DNA of 64,000 nucleotides from Selaginella moellendorffii (Eukaryota; Plantae; Lycopodiophyta): NCBI RefSeq assembly GCF_000143415.4, contig NW_003314422.1, positions 1 to 64,000 of the forward strand, read 5' to 3'. Shown piece by piece: positions 59,690 to 64,000 of this stretch (position 1 is its first letter; each line of letters starts with the position of its first letter). The notes under the pieces were generated by a model. It saw only the letters and a program-made list of their open reading frames with translations, ran no database searches and was not told where the DNA came from. The position numbers and the translations under genes were made by a program.

Positions 59690-60052
59690 CTAATCCTTTT
59701 TCTTCTCTTTAAACAGTTGCATGAGCAGCGCAAAGAGCATGGACATGAGAATGTATCCCCATCTGGGGCCTTCGGAGGAATTTGAAGCTCCAGCGCCACA
59801 AGTGTCGAAGTGATTATAGTTTGATGTGGATGAAAGCTTTGGTAAGTTTGCTGTGTTGGTTTGAGACGAGGATCTTGGATGGATGATGATCACAGCAACA
59901 AAGATGATGAGAGGCAGCAGTATAGCCCAAACGGAGAATGTTGTCAAGCGATCTTTCAAGCCCGGGATGCCTTTGCCTTTGAAGAGAAACAGAATGGAAA
60001 GAAGTAGCAGTGGAACCAAAGGCGATGGAGGAGCTGTGGCGGCGATGGCCAT
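59690..60052 (-). CDS. Hypothetical small multi-pass membrane protein (120 aa)
   Basis: ATG-initiated ORF with three hydrophobic segments and a basic C-tail. Confidence 0.5.
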   Translation of the reverse strand: MAIAATAPPSPLVPLLLLSILFLFKGKGIPGLKDRLTTFSVWAILLPLIIFVAVIIIHPRSSSQTNTANLPKLSSTSNYNHFDTCGAGASNSSEGPRWGYILMSMLFALLMQLFKEKKKD

Positions 60053-60501
60053 TCTAAAAACTCCACAGTCAAATCATCAAAGCACAATAAAAGCAGTGGT
60101 GATTCTCATCACTTACCACTCGAAACTTTTGTAATCCCCCTTTTGAAACTCGAGAGATCATAAGATCCCAAATCACGAAGTTTTGTCATCCACTGTTCGC
60201 TGTCGCGTAATCTGACCACAGCACAGAAACTCTAGAGTTTTGCCTTTTCAAAGAAACGAAAAGAAAAACTTGACCCGCGAATTCTTCTAGCTTTTTTTTC
60301 TACTCAGCGTGAGCGACTTCGAACTGGCAAAGGTTCTCCAGCCACAATCGCCCAAGTGAATTTAAGACTAGATCTCATGAACAACGAATGCATAGAACGA
60401 ATTGGAAGAGAAAGCACGCCATGAAGAACAAATGGAATTTGATTACAACAATATACCTGGCCTGGCTACAAAAATGTGGCAGTAGGAGTGTGGAAGTAGT
60501 G

Positions 60502-60596
60502 TCATTCCTCGTCCAAGAGAATGGGATTTATCAAGGGATTCATCTGTGCAATATACACAATCGCCCATCTGGAAAAAAGAAAAAAAAGAGTATCAG

Positions 60597-60634
<38 letters not shown>

Positions 60635-60842
60635 TACAGCATCCAGCACGAGACCACAGCAGTGATCACCAAAGTTACATGTAGCCTGCCAATTTCCCGA
60701 GAAAACCTAAGATCCAGCGTTCGCATCTATAGATTTCTACTCACAAATTCATGGATGGCCCCTTGTTGTAGAAGAACGTGAATCCCAGGCAGCCCAGCAG
60801 CGCAGCGCCGAAGAAGAGGATCGTCGTTACCATAAATCCCAT
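60502..60842 (-). CDS. VHA-e: V-type proton ATPase subunit e; exons 60745-60842, 60638-60685, 60502-60568 (70 aa)
   Basis: MGFMVTTILFF...NKGPSMNL|LHVTLVITAVVSCWML|WAIVYIAQMNPLINPILLDEE*. Confidence 0.95.
60600..60631. repeat. (AG)n microsatellite in a VHA-e intron
   Basis: About 15 AG units. Confidence 0.95.
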
Positions 60843-61023
60843 GGCGCGCACACAAACCCTAGATCTTTCCCGCCAAGCGTGAGCTACAAGATACTCAAAT
60901 TTAGGGCTCTTACGCAAGGGCAGGGCATTGGCCGCGCTAGGCTGCCAATGCGGCGCTCGCTCAGCGTAATCCAGCTCTAGTGATCCAGTAGGCGCAGATT
61001 GAAGCATAGATCTAAGCGCATCG

Positions 61024-64000
61024 ATGGCGGATTCTCGCGGCCGATTTGTTGTCAAGCCGCTGGCGGCGCAGTCGTTCTTGGCGGATATCGAGGTAACTCC
61101 GGGGAAGATTTACACTGTGGGGCGATCGAGCTGCTGCGATCTCGTGTTCAAGGATGGGAGGGTCAGTCGCCGGCATTGCCAGATTTTCGTGGATGCCGAA
61201 AATTCTCTCGTCTTGCACCATGGAGTCGAGAAAGGGGCAGATATTTGCCTGAGATCGTCCGTGGTCTACGTCAACAGTGAAAGGATTTCTCTCGGGAGCT
61301 CCAGGGTTCTTGTTCCAGGGGATAGAGTGTTCTTGGTAGCTCCGGTTAAGGATTCTATCCAGGATACAGGGTTTACAGTGGAGAATGCTGGCGAGAGTAG
61401 TGATGCTATAAGGAGCTCTTTGGAGGAACTAGAGATGAATGTCCAGCGGCGCCAGGTAAAATCCAAGGCTGATCATCTCGGGCCAAGTCTCAACTGTAAG
61501 GTGAAGAGGGTGAAAGCTTCGGTGGAGCAGCTGATTGATAAGAGCCGGCAGCTACGATCAGAGTGCTTTACCAGGAACTCTAGCCTGGAAAATCTAGCTT
61601 TCGTCGGGAAGGAAAGGGATCTCCAAGAAGTTGAACAGATTGGAGGCGACACAAAGGTGGCTGGTTGTGATTCTTTTCCAAAATCAAGTGGACTGTGCAT
61701 GAATAAACTGGAGGATGTACAGCCCTCCAGAACAGACGTGTCAGTGGCAGATCTTCTGGCGCCATTGGAAGACATTCGGGAAATGTTTGTGGCATCGTTT
61801 ACTACTGACATTATTTGGTGAGAATTTTTTTTTTTTTTTCTGTTCTTCTTTCTCTTTGTCTAATCTCCGCAAGTCGTTTTTTGCAGGTTTATCTCGTCCT
61901 TCGGGCTTCCAAAGACATTACCTGTGACTATAGCTTGTCACGACAGCGAACGAAGCTGGAGCACCGCCATAAGCGACCGCATGGAGCATCCATATTGTGA
62001 GTGGCCAAATTTGAAAGTAGTGTAAGTTTCTCGTATCTCATGTTCCAGGCGAAGTATCTACATGTTTCTATGCAGGTATCCGCCTTTCCCTGTTTTGCGA
62101 CGAACAAATGATAAATCCAGGATGCGTGGTGTTGGCTGCCATCATCCCAAGTTTTTTCTCTTAAAGCGTTCAAAAGATATTCGAGTTATAGTGACGTCCT
62201 CCAATTTGAATTACAGACAGGTATTTCGTTTTCATATTCTCCTTTGGAGTTTGCTAACTCTTTTTTTTTTCACAGTGGCTGCAAGTCTCCAACACGGTTT
62301 GGTGGCAAGATTTTCCCCTTCGCAACACAAGAGACTATTCCTCTCTATTTTCGTCCAAGATTACCGAGGGCGGAGAAAGAAATGGAGATTTTGCAGCTTA
62401 CTTGGCTGGCTTCATTTCCACTTTGGTGAAAGACGTTCCTAGCGAAGCTCATTGGGCAACCGACTTGGCTTGCTACAATTTTTCGAAGGCAACGGTGTCA
62501 CTGGTTGCGTCAGTACCGGGATTCTGGGAGGAACTGTTGCCTTTCCCAGAGAGTATGAAGGTAAGCTTTTTATTTTGGTGTTTGTAAATCGTTCTGATTA
62601 AATTCCGAAGCAGGAGCTGGAGAAAAGTTACCTCGGCACCGTAGCAACAACAGTTGCGGGAATTAGCCATCAATTTTCCCCCAAATGCGATCCTAATGGA
62701 CTGAGATTGCGAAAGCTCGCTGCTCTCTTGAACAGTTTGCCTCTTGATCCAGAAGGCATGGTGCACGTCCAACTCAAGCGAGCCAAAGACTTACCTGCTG
62801 ATCCGAATGCAGTGGTGATTTCCGTGGTTCCACCAACTCAGCAGTTGCGCTTTCTCGAGCAAAGTATGTGTTAACTTCTGGTGTTCTGTTTTATGATTTA
62901 CCGAATTCTGTGTGTGTGATACAGGCGATATTGTATCACAAGCAGAGGAGCTGCCGATTGGATTCTTGCCAAAACGTGCAGCTGCATGGGTTTCAACGCT
63001 GTGTGACGCTGGTTTGTGTAGCTGGAGGGCCATGCTATGGCCCAAGCAAGTGCTTGGTGTGGCAGCTGGCCAAAGCAAAAGCGTAGTACAGCTTGGACTT
63101 CATGTTTTTGAGGTAACCCGTGCTTTATATCGTACATTGTTGACAGTGTTTTTGTGTATCAGGGGTCTAAGTTCGGGGAGCTTCTTACGAAAGACCAAGA
63201 ATCTGCAATGAGCAATCTCTTGCGCCATATTCAACGGAAATATGGCCTGTGGCGATTAACAGAAGTTCTTGCCGAGCACAAGTGGCCAGATTCCGCTGAA
63301 GTCGATTTTGTGTATTGTAAGTGCTGCTTAAAACTTATCACTAAAACTGATTGTCGAGGTCCTTGCAGGTTCCTCTTCCATTGGAACGTCCTTGAACTCG
63401 AACTTTCTGGCATCATTCTCCGATGCTGCAGGCCGCAAGGCATCACTAGACGATTCGTGTGAATCAGATCCGGAGGTAAGGTTTTGTTATTGTACGTGAC
63501 TATCTTGCGATCTTTTCCTATTCAGTGGGGCCGCTGGACCGCGGAGCATGAGGCGGCCAATCCATCAATAGAAGTAGTTTTCCCGACCTTGGACCGGTTA
63601 AAAAGCGCGAAATGGGGCCCTTCTTCATACCGAGGAATTCTTTGCTTCCCAGAGGTACATAAATGTTTTTTGCCGAGCAAGCAAACATCACTTCTACCAA
63701 CAACAGCGAACGTGGGAGAGAATAAAATCGACGAGCGCTGTCAACTTGCACGACGCAATTCCATGTCCACCTAGTCGAGAAGGAATCCCAATGCATGTAA
63801 AGGTACTATAAGTTCTAAGTTGCAAAGAATGCTCAGTCACACTATCTGTTCAACCTCGCAGGTAGCACAGAGACGATTTAAATCGCCCACATCAAGCCAA
63901 GCATTTGGCTGGATTTATACAGGCTCACACAACTTTAGCCCCGCCGCGTGGGGCAAATACGTCAAAAAGGCGGCGAGCAACGACGACGAATACCAGTCAC
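61024..64000 (+). CDS. TDP1: FHA-domain tyrosyl-DNA phosphodiesterase 1 beta-type (At5g07400-like); runs off the window end
   Basis: FHA TVGRSSCCD...VSRRHCQI; FVASFTTDIIW; GVGCHHPKFFLL...VIVTSSNL; DPNAV (HIRAN-like); PMHVK; GSHNFSPAAWG. Confidence 0.92.

Noticed and set aside
38717-64000. Apparent DNA-repair cluster (RAD4, GIY-YIG ET, TDP1-beta)
   Set aside because: Spread over 25 kb with many unrelated genes between them; compatible with chance.

Overview
Eukaryotic land-plant genomic DNA. The very short introns (about 50-70 nt), tight gene packing and PLS-PPR relics suggest a lycophyte such as Selaginella moellendorffii; this is inference. Gene-dense blocks: 1-6.6 kb holds the CER3/WAX2 3' end, an At3g49490-like gene and OHP2. 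35-64 kb holds MIZ1-like, P-class PPR, RAD4/XPC, an IFI6/IFI27-like micro-gene, XTH, ET/HRT GIY-YIG, DUF760, KAO/CYP88, a stand-alone PPO C-terminal-domain gene, LEA_2/NHL, a secreted Cys/Trp-repeat peptide, VHA-e and TDP1-beta. Between them (6.6-35 kb) lies decayed transposon sequence: an RPA-like relic, PPR and nucleotide pyrophosphatase pseudogenes, LINE remnants, and a full-length decayed Ty3/Gypsy element nested in a chromovirus. Most notable: (1) the nested Gypsy element appears to encode three tandem aspartic-protease-like domains and four zinc knuckles, with a tRNA-Gly primer site; (2) an intronless IFI27/IFI6-like gene in a plant; (3) a secreted C..GxHWxG..C repeat peptide; (4) a Tat-targeted PPO C-terminal domain with no catalytic domain; (5) a ~960-bp duplication bracketing a TIR element. 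All calls were made by eye from the sequence and recalled motifs; no searches were run.
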